Below, one piece after another: positions 1-11,900 of a DNA stretch of 64,000 nucleotides. How positions within the stretch are numbered: position 1 is the stretch's first letter; each line of letters begins with the position of its first letter. The DNA lies in assembly GCA_009859145.1 (NCBI GenBank), contig VRVR01000047.1:4934-68933 (forward strand), written 5' to 3'. The translations under genes were made by a program, and so were the position numbers. Below the pieces are notes generated by a model. The model saw only the letters and a program-made list of their open reading frames with translations, did not search any database and was not told where the DNA came from. This DNA comes from Andalucia godoyi And28. Lineage: Eukaryota > Protista > Jakobida.

Positions 1-2638
1 GCACGCGCGATCCCGAGCCGCCGCCTCCAGTTCGATTGTTATACCTCTGAATGCCGTTGGCGACGAGGGACTTCACCGCTCCTGCGTTCCCAAAGTTGGG
101 CATGCACCGAAGGCCGGCCAGGTGCTTGATGCACATCTCGGCGACATCCCGAGGTATGTCAAAGTTTGCAGACCTCGCATCGCCGACCAGAATGCGCTCC
201 AGCTCCGAGTCCGAGAAGTCGACCAGGCGCAGACGACGCTCAAACTGCACGCGACGACTGAGGCCGGGATTCGCATTGCGGGTCATGTCCTCCATCTGCT
301 ATTCGTACCCCGGCAAAATCAAGCACATATCAGCACCAGGCTCCGGAGACACGAGCCCGACAAGGGTGTCGATGGCGGACTTGGAATACGACGTGCCAGC
401 ATCCAGTTGGTACGCCTCATCAATAAACAAAACATTCCCGCGTGCCGCCTCCAGCAGTTCTGCAGTCTTCTTCTCGCTTCCACTCGTCAGATCCTTTGCG
501 GTTTTCTCCAGAAAATCTCCTTTGCTCAGCAGCCCCAGATCCTTCAGCAGACCAGCATAGTGCCGGGCAAAGGTCGTTTTGCCCGTCCCCGGATTCCCAA
601 CAATTGCAAAATTCAGAAACACAGAGTCCGGCTCGAGACCCGCGTCTTCGCGCACATGGTTGCTTTCGACGATTTTCACAAGTTTTCTCACCCAGTCCTT
701 TGCGCTCTTCGCGCCGATCATGCCTTCAATCGCCAGCCAGTGCTTGTTGTCCCGCGGGAGAGTCCGTGGGCCCAGCACGTCATCCATCCGCAGAGTCCGG
801 GCTTCGAGAGGCGGAACGCTCTGGATGGATCCATGTGCAGCAGCGACCAGCCGTTCGTGGGCTCGGGCCACCGACAGCTCGATGAGACTGCGAACATCCC
901 CGGCGTTCCCGAACCCGCGCTGTCCCCGTCGCCGAGCAAGCCGACGAGCCGCCACGTGCTTCACATTCTCATTCTCGAATACGAGCGTGCGTTGCGGATC
1001 CGCAGCCTGGTGCTCTAGAATCCGCACCAGCTCGTCGTGTCCATAGTCTTCGAAATGAAAGCGATGCGGGAACCGGCGTGAGAAACCCGCAGTAAAGGAC
1101 AGCAGCTCGTCGTCAATCTCCTTTTCGTACCCAGCCAGAATGATGCAAATGGTACTGCGGTGGCTTTCCGCGATGACGAGCAGCTTGTTCGCAATTTGCG
1201 TGCCGTAGTAGTTCGTCTTCGGCTGCAGCATGTACGCGTCATCGATGAAGAGCACGCCGCCCTTTGCATCCAGCAGCTTTTGGATATCCGTGTCAAAGTT
1301 TTTTTGGCCCTCGTAGGTTGTGTAGTCAACAGCACTCTTCTCAACAATGAGACTGCTCTGAAGCACTCCGATTTCTCGCAGGGCTGTCGCAAACACGCGA
1401 GCGACGGTCGTCTTGCCTGTTCCGGGATTGCCGACGAACAGCGAGTGCAGATTCTGATCGACGGTCAGACCCGTGTGCTTCGACATTTCGATGGAGTGGA
1501 AAAGCTGCACAAGCTTCCTCTTGACGGAGCACACGCCAATCAGGTCGTCTAGTTTCTGCAGTGCCGGAGAAGCCCGCACAGCATCCTGTGGGATTTTGTA
1601 GTACTGCACGGCCCTTTGTGGAGGCGGCTCCATGCGGGCTGCGAGCAGCTTCCGCTCCCAGTCGAGCAGTGCGAGAAGACCGTCCGATGATGTTGCTGCT
1701 AAGAAAGCATCTGCGTGCTGTCGCGCAGCCGCCGCATCCAGTTTGGACAAGCTGATGGCGAAGAACCAGTTCCTCAAGTCCTCAAAGGACGGAGCAGTGT
1801 TTCTGCATCCGGGCAGCTGCAGATTCCGAACGAACTGGAGTTCGAAATCAAGATCCCGGGCACTGGGCTCCAGCAACACAACAGCCATGCTCTTGTACAA
1901 TGCCGCAAGCGGAGCATCCGCCAGATGCGAAGAGCCTAATGCTTGCCGGGCTTCGTAAAACTGCCCGTCGATCATCAGCTTCCGAGCATGCTCGAACAGA
2001 GACGTGCCTTCGGACGACAAGAGAGGCCATCCGACAGCCGGGTCGCAGGCTTCGTCGATGGCCGGATTTCTCGCACGAAGCTGCTCTTCGACAAGCTCGC
2101 GAAATTCGCGGAACTCGTTCGGAAACCGGCTTGGATACGCCTGCAGATTCTCGTCCAGAACACTCTTCTTGGAACCGCCGTCTTCGTAGCATGGATCGCA
2201 GAGGAGCGCTCGGACGCACAGACTCGCAGCACCAAAGTGCCCACGACACGCAAGCATCTTCACCACGGTTCGGCCTTTGTTGTCGTCCTTGTCCAAGGTG
2301 ACACCCATGCTGACAAGAAGTTCTATCCAGCCCACGATTCTTCGACGATCGTAAAACGCCGCAGCACACAGAATGCGCAGCACATACTGACGAGCAGAAT
2401 CACCCTGCAGAATCCACGGTGCACTGTCCACAATGCCACGGAAGCTCGCCATATCATCCTGGCGAATTGCAGAGGAAACCGCCTCACAAACGGAGCAGAT
2501 ATGCTCCAATGACGGCACGTCCTGGACATCGGCTCCCGAGGAATGGATCGACTTCAGAATCTTCTCTGCGTGTTGCCGAACAGAGGACGACGAAGGGCTG
2601 TCGGATTGTGGGCCTGCCACGGGAAAGATAGTCTGCAT
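1..2638 (-). pseudogene. Tandem CbbX/SpoVK-like AAA+ ATPase with N-terminal ankyrin-like helices; in-frame TAG at 299-301; 3'-truncated by window edge
   Basis: Two AAA modules, each with Walker A GNPGTGKTT and Walker B (LFIDDAY, LFIDEAY). After ILPGYE-TAG the same frame continues QMEDMTRNANPGLSRRV...NFGNAGAV, matching the first module's ILAGYEKE...AGFSRRF...GFGNAGDV, and stays open to position 1. Confidence 0.75.
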
Positions 2639-2894
2639 CGGGGGGTTATGGACTAAGAAGAAGAAGAAAAGAAGAAGAAAAAGAGTTCCGAATTTGGACT
2701 AATATTCACAGCAAATCGCGGTTGGTCATCAAGCGAATTGTATTAATTATTATCAGGGCGACCAGTGAGTCCCTCATCAGTGGAGTTCGCATTCTTCATA
2801 TTATTGGACTCCTTTCCCCCCTTTTCCTCTTATCAGAATATGCTTCGCTTCTTTTCATTTTTTCTTCCTTCTGTTGGGAGCTTCATGATTTAAG

Positions 2895-3281
2895 ATGAAG
2901 AAACGCAGTTTACGTGAAGTTTTGGACGGGCGTAAGCAGAACTGCAGTCGTCCAACCGTGGGTACTGCTGCGGATGAGGAGGTCCGCGGGTGGAAAAGTG
3001 CAACCCATCGGTATTCTGTGAACAAGTCGAGCGAGATTGAAGTGTTTGCCTGTTCTGGAAGCGGCACAGAGTCCCAATGTGTGGAGGCGCCGAGTGGCCA
3101 TTCGGGCTCTGTTCACGCTGCTGCATTCTCGCCCGACGGAAAGCGCATTGCATCGGGATCAGAAGACAAGACGATGGAAGTGTGTGGTCAGCCTGATAAT
3201 TTGTTCTACAAGGCACGCTCGCAGTCCCGAATAGTGGCGCTCGCGGTCTCGGACGAGCAGAGATGCAGAATGTGTATGTGA
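2895..3281 (+). pseudogene. Isolated WD40 repeat fragment (probable gene relic)
   Basis: One clear WD40 unit, SGHSGSVHAAAFSPDGKRIASGSEDKT, in an otherwise featureless short ORF. Confidence 0.55.
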
Positions 3282-4086
3282 CGGCGGGTGTGTGCGGATT
3301 CGTGGTTTGTGATAATCCGTAAGCATTGGTAGTAAACCTTGCGATAGCGACTGCCTTTCCCCAAGTCCCTGTTGGTCGCCAATGAGCACCAATCAATACA
3401 AGCGAGAGAAAGTGAGCGATGATGCTATCACGCATTGCAGCATGCCCGGATGTGAAACGACCGTCGTTGCCGTTGATGCTTGGCGGCTGAAAGGCGAGTG
3501 TCCCTTGTGGTGTACACTCCGCCGTTGTTCGTGTTGTGTGTTCTCCTGTCGCTTCCAACAGCGCTTCTCTTGGGCGGTTCTTGCAGTTCTGTCGTTGCCA
3601 AAAAGACCCAGTTTGGATTAAGACCAGTCAATCGTGCGATGGCCGGCAAGACATGTTTTACTGACCTCCCGTGCTTGCGCTCCTGTCGAAACCCCATTCC
3701 TTGACGTGCGTTGGACTTCTTCGTTTATGAAGTCGAATTCGAAACAAAATGATTTCTGAGAGGACGCTTTCGTCTGCGGTGTGTCGGCATCGTTAACATG
3801 CAGGAAGAAAGAAGGAGAGTAAATCTTTCTTCACATGTTTACATGTTTGCATGGAGGATTATTTATTATTTTTATTTATTTATTTTTTTCACGCTGTGGG
3901 GCCGAATAAAATGTGCTTTAAACTGATTTTCACGCATGCGTCTATTTGTGGAGATTGCGTGCAGAAACGAACAAGAGTGGTGGGTGGGACTTCTAATAAC
4001 TTACTGATCCCTTTTTTTCTGAGCTGGATTTCGCATCAGCATTACGCAAACCTAAATGGAAAATTGGAAAAGTCTTCTGCTGTTCG

Positions 4087-4215
4087 CCTACATTACACAC
4101 TGAACATGCTGCATATCTACGAATAGACATGCATATTCAATCTTGCATCCCGTTGCCGAGAAGGGGACAGGCCCCAACACGCCTCACGGCGCTCTTCAGA
4201 TAGATGTTCCGCGCT
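4087..4215 (-). ncRNA. Candidate Fanzor omegaRNA scaffold (A1)
   Basis: GGGG-CCTGT-CCCC hairpin, TGCATGTCTA-TTCG-TAGATATGCA hairpin and terminal GTAGG, positionally conserved with the other copies. The 5' boundary is approximate. Confidence 0.6.
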
Positions 4216-4468
4216 CCGTTCCCAATCTCGATCAATCTGTGAGTCACGTTGTCAGCGTGACACGTTGTTCCTGAGAAGGGTGCATTTTTTGATTCTGACG
4301 GCACTAGCAGCAGGCGCTTTCGTGTCCTCAGTTGCAGCGATTGATGCAACTGGAGATACGAGAGGAAGAGGCGGTAGGCGTAGTGACACGTGGTCTCTTA
4401 GGAGGTCTGCGGGACCTAGGAGGCCCTGTATCACGAATTCCTATGAAACAAACGTGCTAGTGTCGGCC
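4087..4468 (-). mobile_element. Non-autonomous IS607-like/Fanzor2 element, copy A1
   Basis: About 90% identical by eye to 22859-23347 in shared blocks. Minus strand encodes frameshifted AVRIK-MHPSQEQRVTL and IDRDW-NGARNIYLK. Left end is CT-GG|CCGACACTAG and right end is AATGTAGG. Confidence 0.85.
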
Positions 4469-4804
4469 AGTATTGACCATGTCTGTTTGTGTATTCTTCC
4501 GTATGCATCACAATGACGCGTCATTATTCAACGGTAATGTATATGGCACTTTATACAAGAGTAAACAGAAGATCCCAACAGAGGACCTGATGCACAGTGT
4601 TCCATCGTCGGCGGATCCAACAACATCTACGCGTAGTAGTACTTCCGCGGTGATGGAGGGCGAGACGTGAACGGGGGAGCACAAACCTGGTGCCCCCGAG
4701 ACTGCAGGACGAAATTCATGAAATATGCGCCCTCAGAACTCGCGACACGGTTACGGGGTAAGTGATTTGCCTGAAGCATCAGTCTCGAAGCCGATGGACG
4801 AGGC

Positions 4805-7057
4805 TCATTGCAATTCCAAGCAGTCGTCTTGGAAAACCCTGGCAACCATATCCAGTTTGCAGCCCATTTGCTTGGCATCGACCAACTTCGAGACAATCAC
4901 CTTTTCAAATTCGCCGACAGTAACGCGCGCCTTCTCGACTTCAGAATTCGCTGATAGGATATCATCTCCTTTCTTGGTCTTGATTTTCGTCTTGTTCAAT
5001 CGATAATCCGAAATCTCCGAGAGCAGATGATCTGCTTGTCGCTCCAAAACAGAAAAGCTGACAGCAGAGGAAGATGAAGAGCAAGAGGGGGTTTCCGAAA
5101 TGAGAGCAGCTCTGTGTTTTTCAATAAATGTCGAAAGAGGGAACACTGCATTCTGACGTATCCACAGTTCTCTTCGAAGCCGGACGGCCTCCTGAAGTCC
5201 AGTAGCTTGCGTAGTGTCAAAGAGCAACTGCGATTTCGAAAGGGACTCTTGCGACCCCTTCAGCTCCTCTCGAATATCCTCTCGACTGGACAGCAGTACG
5301 CCTTTCTTCTTTTGCAACTCTACAATTTCCAAGCGCATGGTTTGCAAACGAGATTGCTGCGTAGCCAATTCTGAATCACGTCTTGTGCCCCATTCCACTC
5401 TCTGGTCTTCTGCAATGACGATCTCCCGTTTTAGATTGGAATGTTGCGCTTCTATGGACTCCAAATCGGAGAGCAGCGCTGATTTGGCATTAGACGATGT
5501 CGCTTCATGAGACTTGGAATGACGGAGATGCTCGATTTCCTTTGAAAGTACACTTTGCGCCGCTTGGTTTTCTTGCAAATTTTTTGAAGAACTGTCCAGC
5601 TCGGACGTACAAATTGCAGTCTCCTTCTTCACACGTTCCATCTTCTCTTTCAGGGACGCCTTCTTCTTTTCCAAAATGTTCACAGACTGTTGGTGCTCTG
5701 CCTTCTGCCTTTCAAGGTCCTCGGCTTTCTTCTGCAAACTTTCCTGCTTCAAAAGTGTCCTGCGGTCAGTCGCAAGCTCATTTCGCAATTGATGGGCCTC
5801 CGGAGTGAAATCTATTGGTTCCAAAGACAGTAATGACTCGATGATCTCAACACTCAGACCAGACTCTTGACGCAATCGATGAATTTCTGCTTTCTGCGCC
5901 TCGAAGAGCGAAATACGCTCTCTTTCAAGCTGTTCTATCTCTCGACGAACCGATTCCTCGCGATTCGATTGTATGATGTCATCATGAATGTCCTTGACTA
6001 CATCTCGGACAGGATTCTTCTTTCTTTCCTCGAGAAGTTTCGCTTCTCTGTCTTGCTCTATGGATGCAATGATCGTGGATGTTTCCACATCGTCGAGATC
6101 CATCAATGATAACTTGGAGACCGCATCTGTGAGGGGCATATGATCCTGCAAGACGTGACCATGCTCGTCCATGGTGCTTTTGGCCTTTAGAGGAGACGAC
6201 GGTGCTGCTGAATGCTGCTGAATGCTTCGCAAAAGTTTGGACTCGGAATCTCGAGAAATCCCTGCTTGGTTCAGGATTCGGTGCATCATGTCTCGTGTCC
6301 GTCTCCTGGCATCCGAGGCCAGTTCCAAGTCGGTCTTCTGAGGGTTGGGCACGGATTTCGCCTGCGCGGTCGAGTCCATGCGAACAGATCTCTGCACGTC
6401 GTTGTTGTCCAACGGCACCGATGATGATTCCCAATCAGAGTCGTCAGAGTCAGAAGACTCGACGTCGTTCGCAGTCCTTGCACGCTGTTCGTGCACTCTC
6501 CGCATCTCTTCCAGTTTTTCCGCAACAGCTACTTTTTTCGCAATCAACCGTTTCCTTTCCAGACTCATTTGATGAAGGCGCTCTTGCACTGCCATTCTCC
6601 ACTCCATTTCCTGATTTGCTGCACGCTTCTCGGCCTGTCTTCTCTCCATGTCTTGCACCCTTCGCATTGCAGGACTCGCTGCCGCTTCCTTTTGTCGCAT
6701 ATTCAGAAATGGATTCGGAGATCCCGTCTTGATAACACAAGCATCATTCCCATTCGTATCTAGGTGATTCTGATCCGCGCGCGGAGACTCGGGCCTGGAT
6801 GGACTCGCAGGAGACATGGACAATCTGCTTGACCTGCTTGAGCCCGTCCTCCGAGACTCCAGATAGAGCTTCTTCTCAAGAGAGTCCTTTTTCCGTTCTC
6901 GAAATGCTCGGTCTCGCTCGTCTGCACGCGCAAGCATTTGGCGGGCAAAATCAGCACTGTCTGCTGAATTCGATCCGAATGGCTTCTGCATCGAGGATTG
7001 CGACGACACAGAGCTCCGTCGCGACGACAGCGCAGAAGCATGATTACTGCCGTTCAT
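4805..7057 (-). CDS. Long coiled-coil protein (750 aa), function unknown
   Basis: Long ATG-initiated ORF with E/K/R-rich heptad segments. Confidence 0.8.
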   Translation of the reverse strand: MNGSNHASALSSRRSSVSSQSSMQKPFGSNSADSADFARQMLARADERDRAFRERKKDSLEKKLYLESRRTGSSRSSRLSMSPASPSRPESPRADQNHLDTNGNDACVIKTGSPNPFLNMRQKEAAASPAMRRVQDMERRQAEKRAANQEMEWRMAVQERLHQMSLERKRLIAKKVAVAEKLEEMRRVHEQRARTANDVESSDSDDSDWESSSVPLDNNDVQRSVRMDSTAQAKSVPNPQKTDLELASDARRRTRDMMHRILNQAGISRDSESKLLRSIQQHSAAPSSPLKAKSTMDEHGHVLQDHMPLTDAVSKLSLMDLDDVETSTIIASIEQDREAKLLEERKKNPVRDVVKDIHDDIIQSNREESVRREIEQLERERISLFEAQKAEIHRLRQESGLSVEIIESLLSLEPIDFTPEAHQLRNELATDRRTLLKQESLQKKAEDLERQKAEHQQSVNILEKKKASLKEKMERVKKETAICTSELDSSSKNLQENQAAQSVLSKEIEHLRHSKSHEATSSNAKSALLSDLESIEAQHSNLKREIVIAEDQRVEWGTRRDSELATQQSRLQTMRLEIVELQKKKGVLLSSREDIREELKGSQESLSKSQLLFDTTQATGLQEAVRLRRELWIRQNAVFPLSTFIEKHRAALISETPSCSSSSSAVSFSVLERQADHLLSEISDYRLNKTKIKTKKGDDILSANSEVEKARVTVGEFEKVIVSKLVDAKQMGCKLDMVARVFQDDCLELQ

Positions 7058-7477
7058 GTTTTCAAACGAAAAAAATTAATAAATAAAATAGATAATGATC
7101 AGGTACACCAGCAGCGACGTAAGATTCTCTCAATAAAACAAACCAAAACTAAAAGAAGAAGAAAATAAAAAAATTGAACGGGAAAAGTGGATTGTCAACA
7201 GAATTATGATGTTTTGTGGATGGACGATTGACACAACTTCATAAACCAATCCACAAAAATGACGATGAACCACGAGAGAAACCGCGACGAGCAAAAACAA
7301 AAAAAAAGACTCGGAAACAAAACGAAAAACGCTGATGATTCTTTTGCCTCGTGCGCGTGCGGTTTTTTTAAAGTATATTTATTGAGTGTATTTTTCGAGA
7401 ACTGGGCAACTGGGAGCGGCAGTTTGAGCAAACGAACTTGGCCATCAATTGATACTATGTCGGGTCTTTTCCTTTTT

Positions 7478-7968
7478 TATTGTCCGGCCGCCACAACGTG
7501 AATCCATTCTTTATCAGCTACGCTGTCGTCATCAGAGACAGATCCAATTTGGGGCGAGCACCAACTCTGCAGTCAACGGGTCATCGCGACCCAACGTATC
7601 CCCCCCGGCAATTGATTCAACATTCAAAAAATTGAACGTTGGAGAAACAAAATGTGGTCGGCGGCGTCGCACATTGCATGCGCAATTCTCTGACGACGCA
7701 TCTGCCACTGCTCCTTCTTGTTCTCACGCAATCGATCACATCGTCGTGATTTGATGATCTTCAGCTTGCTCAGCAAGCTGCGACGAGGGGATCAACGATT
7801 TTCTTGGTTCTCGGTATCTTTGTGCATGGCCGGTTTGAGTTTGCTGCGAAGATCCCTCTTTGGAGCCTCGATTGCAATATAAAGCATGAAAGAAATACTA
7901 GACTTGACTACGGTAAGAGAACCGTATTGCTTGATGTTCAACATTTGAGACACAAAGCTATCAACCGT
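7478..7968. repeat. Dispersed repeat family C, copy C1 (unclassified)
   Basis: Reverse complement aligns in blocks to 30192-30625 (e.g. CCGTAGTCAAGTCT, CCGAGAACCAAGAAA, TGGTGCTC..CCAAATT) and directly to 23346-23516. Confidence 0.75.
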
Positions 7969-8045
7969 GTGAGTTTTCAATAATTAATTTAAAAAACAAG
8001 AAAGAACTTTGCATTGCATCACCATTCCGATAAGATACAAAGGAA

Positions 8046-8091
8046 ATGTCCGATCAGTGGAGAGATCGTGTTTCTGGACACATGGTCGTGT

Positions 8092-8127
<36 letters not shown>

Positions 8128-8750
8128 TCGATCATGATGACCGCGAGGACCATAATGAGAGTGACGCGGAATCGGAGAAATCGCTGCTTCCGTCGCTGGC
8201 GTCCCGTGCGTCCACTCGTGCTCGGGTGAAGCGGGCTCGGGAAGCGGAGCTTGTTGCTGACTGGGATCGCATGGACGATGTGCGCAAGTACCGGCAGGGT
8301 GGGAGTCTCATCACGAGCACTCATCGTTTTGAACACATGGAGAATGCAGTGTATCTGAGATATCTTCGGCGCAATTTGAACAATGACGGGATTCTGTCCC
8401 TGATTGATTTCATCCAGTTCCCCGTCCGAAACATCTTCGTATGCTCGGATTACGACTTTCGAAGGAAAACGCGCTTCGATTTCACGCATGCTGGCATTGA
8501 GTTTGAGACGCGAGTGGAGGCCGAGGAGTTTGCCGAGTGGTTGGGAGATGGGTGCAACAGGTCTGCGTTTGAAGAGACCTCCGCATCCCTGGCGCCGCGT
8601 AAACTGCGAATCGAAGTCGGGATTCCCCAGTGGGCTCGGTCGTATTTCAAAAGACCGCAGAAACGAGGAAAGATCGAGAAGAAGACTGCGAAATATCTGG
8701 AAGCTAAAGCCAGATCCATCGCTGCTGGAGGGACTTCCGGTCGCGGATGA
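8046..8750 (+). CDS. Probable RRM-domain protein with poly-Asp tract and basic C-tail
   Basis: RNP2-like VYLRYL, RNP1-like AGIEFETRVEA, and a KLRIEV strand. A (GAT)n tract at 8092-8127 encodes poly-D. Confidence 0.55.
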
Positions 8751-8901
8751 CTGCTGCGGAACGCACACAATCTCAGCCTCGACAGCCAACATCGCATGTG
8801 ACCATGCACACGACTCTACCTGCGGACCGTGCACATCGCCGCAATCCATCGTTGTTGTTATTGTTCTGCTCTCACAGATCGGTGGAAAATGCAAAAGATG
8901 T

Positions 8902-11900
8902 TTAATTTGTACACAAAGGACTGGACTCTGTAGCAAGTGAGTTTCCATCGTCCGAAGACAACAAGCGCAACTCCAGTTGACCCAAAGAGTCGTGATCAGG
9001 CGTCATCACGCGTCGGAGGGTGTTGGCTCTGCTTCGCGGAGGAGACATGGCTCCTTCAGGCAGCCCTTTGCGGTGCGCGATGCGTCTCCACAGGTGGGCT
9101 AACACGACAACGACCATATAGAACAGAACACAGCCAAAAACGAGCCAGAACACGATTTGCAGCGCATTCCAGCTCCCAGTACCGGGAGTGTACGTGGAAT
9201 TGGCTCGCTCAATAGCAGAAATGCACGTAAGAAACAAAACAGTGTACAGAGAAACAAATTCGAAAAAGTTGTCGTCCGGTTTTGCAAACGGCTGCAGCCA
9301 ATGATGAATCAACAGGAAAGTGAGAATAAGCCCCACCATGCACATTTCGCCAACTGCGCTCGAGCTTCCAGACGAACTGCGGTCCCAAATGAGCACAGGC
9401 ACAGCATAGAAGATCACTCGGCGAAGCAAGAAGATGCTTTCGTACCAGTAATACTGCGGCTTGTACGATTCATAAAGCGGACCGAACGCGTATCCGACCC
9501 GCGACATTGCCGTCAACATGGGCCCAGAAGATGGGTCGAGAATTCTTCTTCTCCTCTTCAACAACATCAACAGAACACCAATAACGACGGGTACCGCTAT
9601 GGACAACACAAACAAAACAACAGCAAACGGCTGCATGAAATTCTTGTAGGCCGCCTCCTTGCAGCTGATACCAGGCTTCAACCACAACACAGTTTCTCCA
9701 GTCGGATACTCGTGACAGTCTAAAAACTCGATTCCCAAGGATGAAATGGATGCATACAGCACCATCGCCAGCAGGACCTGAGACCGGAAAAATGCACGAG
9801 CCCTCCACAAAGTCTTGAAAAATGGATTGGAGGAACTCGTTGTAAACTGGAAAAAGCGGTTAAGCACAGCCGCCAGGAAAAACATCACAAAGGAATGCCC
9901 AAACACAAGTAGCGGAATGCATAAATCAATCCAAAACACAGAATCGTCAGAGCGGTAAAATGGGCAGCTGCTGCCGGATTGAATCCGAAAGACAGAGACG
10001 AGAAGGAACGAACCTGGCTGGATGGACGATGTCAGCTGCAAGAACGACGTCATTATTTTGAATCTTGATCCCGAGGTCTGTGCGACCAAATGCTGGAAAA
10101 ACACGAATACGACGATGAAGACTGCATATCCGAACAGAAGGGGTACATTCGGCCCACTGGAACAGTCAACACATTGACCAGACCACAGCGACCAATTTTC
10201 GGTACACATTCCACACAAGAACCCTGTGTTTCCTCGATTGCACTTGTTGAAGGTCTCGCCAGGAATGACGTCTCCCGAGCGGACCATCTGCTGCGCTTCC
10301 GAGGCCGAGATGCCGTCGCAATACCCGCTTAGGCAGCCGTACACGATCGCAGATCCGCTGGAAGACCCATCGTTGCGAACATACGATCCAGGACCTGCGT
10401 ACACCGCATTCCCCGACGAGAAGCAACCAACAGCTAGGAATTTTGTTTCTTCCGAAATATCGTCACACTGGTTGCAGACAGGAGAATCATAGTTGAGAGA
10501 ATACTCCGAGCTCTCGCATTTGATGCAAACAGAGGATGACAAACGGTATCCGGGAGGGCATTTGGTAAAGGACAGTGAAAACGATGCCGACCACAGAATC
10601 GGAGATACCGTGTAAACATGTGGGTACTCATACGGACTCTGCGAAGACGGCGGAAGCAAGCTAGAAGATACAAAGACATGTAAATCGTGTGAAAAACTAG
10701 GACTCGAGGGGAAGAACGAAACCTCGAATTGCGCAATGCCGCCCACGGCAACCGCGCTGCTGCTGCCGGATGCAAGACACGATGCAGTCGCAGATTGATT
10801 GAGCCCATCAAGTCCCATTGCACTTACGGGCAGGTACGTACAGTACACATACAACCCAAAAGAAGACGCGCTGGACACGATCGCACCGACAGAATCCGTC
10901 ACCAGAACCATAAACTTGACCGTTTCTCCTGGGAAAACGAACGACGAACCATTATGCAGGACAGAGAGCAAGGACGGCGGAGACCCAAAGCCCAAACCAT
11001 ACGGTGCAACATTCCCAAAGGACTGCAAGGAGAGCGATAGATTGGATAGTTGTGAGGCAACATCTATGAGCGCCGGCGTGTTGCATACAGTGCTGGAGGA
11101 GAACAGCAGCAAGCCTCCTCTACCCAGTGCTGAGTTGTGCTTGTACAACGACGGATCGCGCGGAATGACAAGCTCAGTACTGATAATTGCTGCACAGCTG
11201 GAAGCAGTGTCGAGGTAGATGACAGCACCAGCGTCAGCCGCAACCAACCAAGTGAAATGGCTACGTTCGATCACAATGTTGGCTTGCACAAACAAGCCAG
11301 CACCCTGATTCGCAGTGCCATTGGTAAAAACGCAGTCTCGAATGATGATGCCTCCAGAAGACGCATACAATGCTCCACCTTGAAGATACGCAGCACCTGC
11401 AATGTTTCCGAAATTCTCCACAGTCGAATTCTCCAACAGGAAACCGTACAACGACGACTGATAGAAAATAGCGCCCCCGGAGGTAAAGGCATTCGCGTGC
11501 GAAATCACTGAAGATGAAATCTTCACCTGCAAACATCCCGAATCAATGAAGATTGCGCCTCCTTGGCTGGCGTAAGACCCACGAATATTGATGCGTGACG
11601 CGTACAATGCACCAATTGCAAAGATGGTGCCTCCCAAACCGAATCCAAACTGCGATGGCACAATCGAATTGTCGATGAATACAACCTCCGTCAAGAACAT
11701 GGTTGCGTGCGTGTCGATGAGAATGGCGCCGCCTCGACCCCACCGGAACGCAGTTGCGTCTGCCGGATCAATGGTTGCGAAATTGCGCGTGAAGTTGGAC
11801 TGATACACCGTGACGGACGAACCAATCAGATAAATGGCACCTGCGATTCCCAGAACAGGATTCAGCGATGCCACGTTCCCGACGAACAAGCAATTTCGAA

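Noticed and set aside
299-301. Possible TAG stop-codon reassignment
   Set aside because: Conserved genes here end at the expected place with TAG (p24 at 20003, Aha1-N at 48122), TAA (muskelin, Roadblock) and TGA (DNMT2), so the code is standard.
4087-4468. Classifying the A/B repeats as MITEs or SINEs
   Set aside because: They have no terminal inverted repeats, TSDs, Pol III boxes or poly-A tails. TnpB-like peptides and GG junctions fit IS607/Fanzor2 better.
4512-4525. Perfect 14-bp palindrome AATGACGCGTCATT near the A1 left end
   Set aside because: It occurs once, lies outside the element boundary and is absent next to other copies, so it is plausibly chance.
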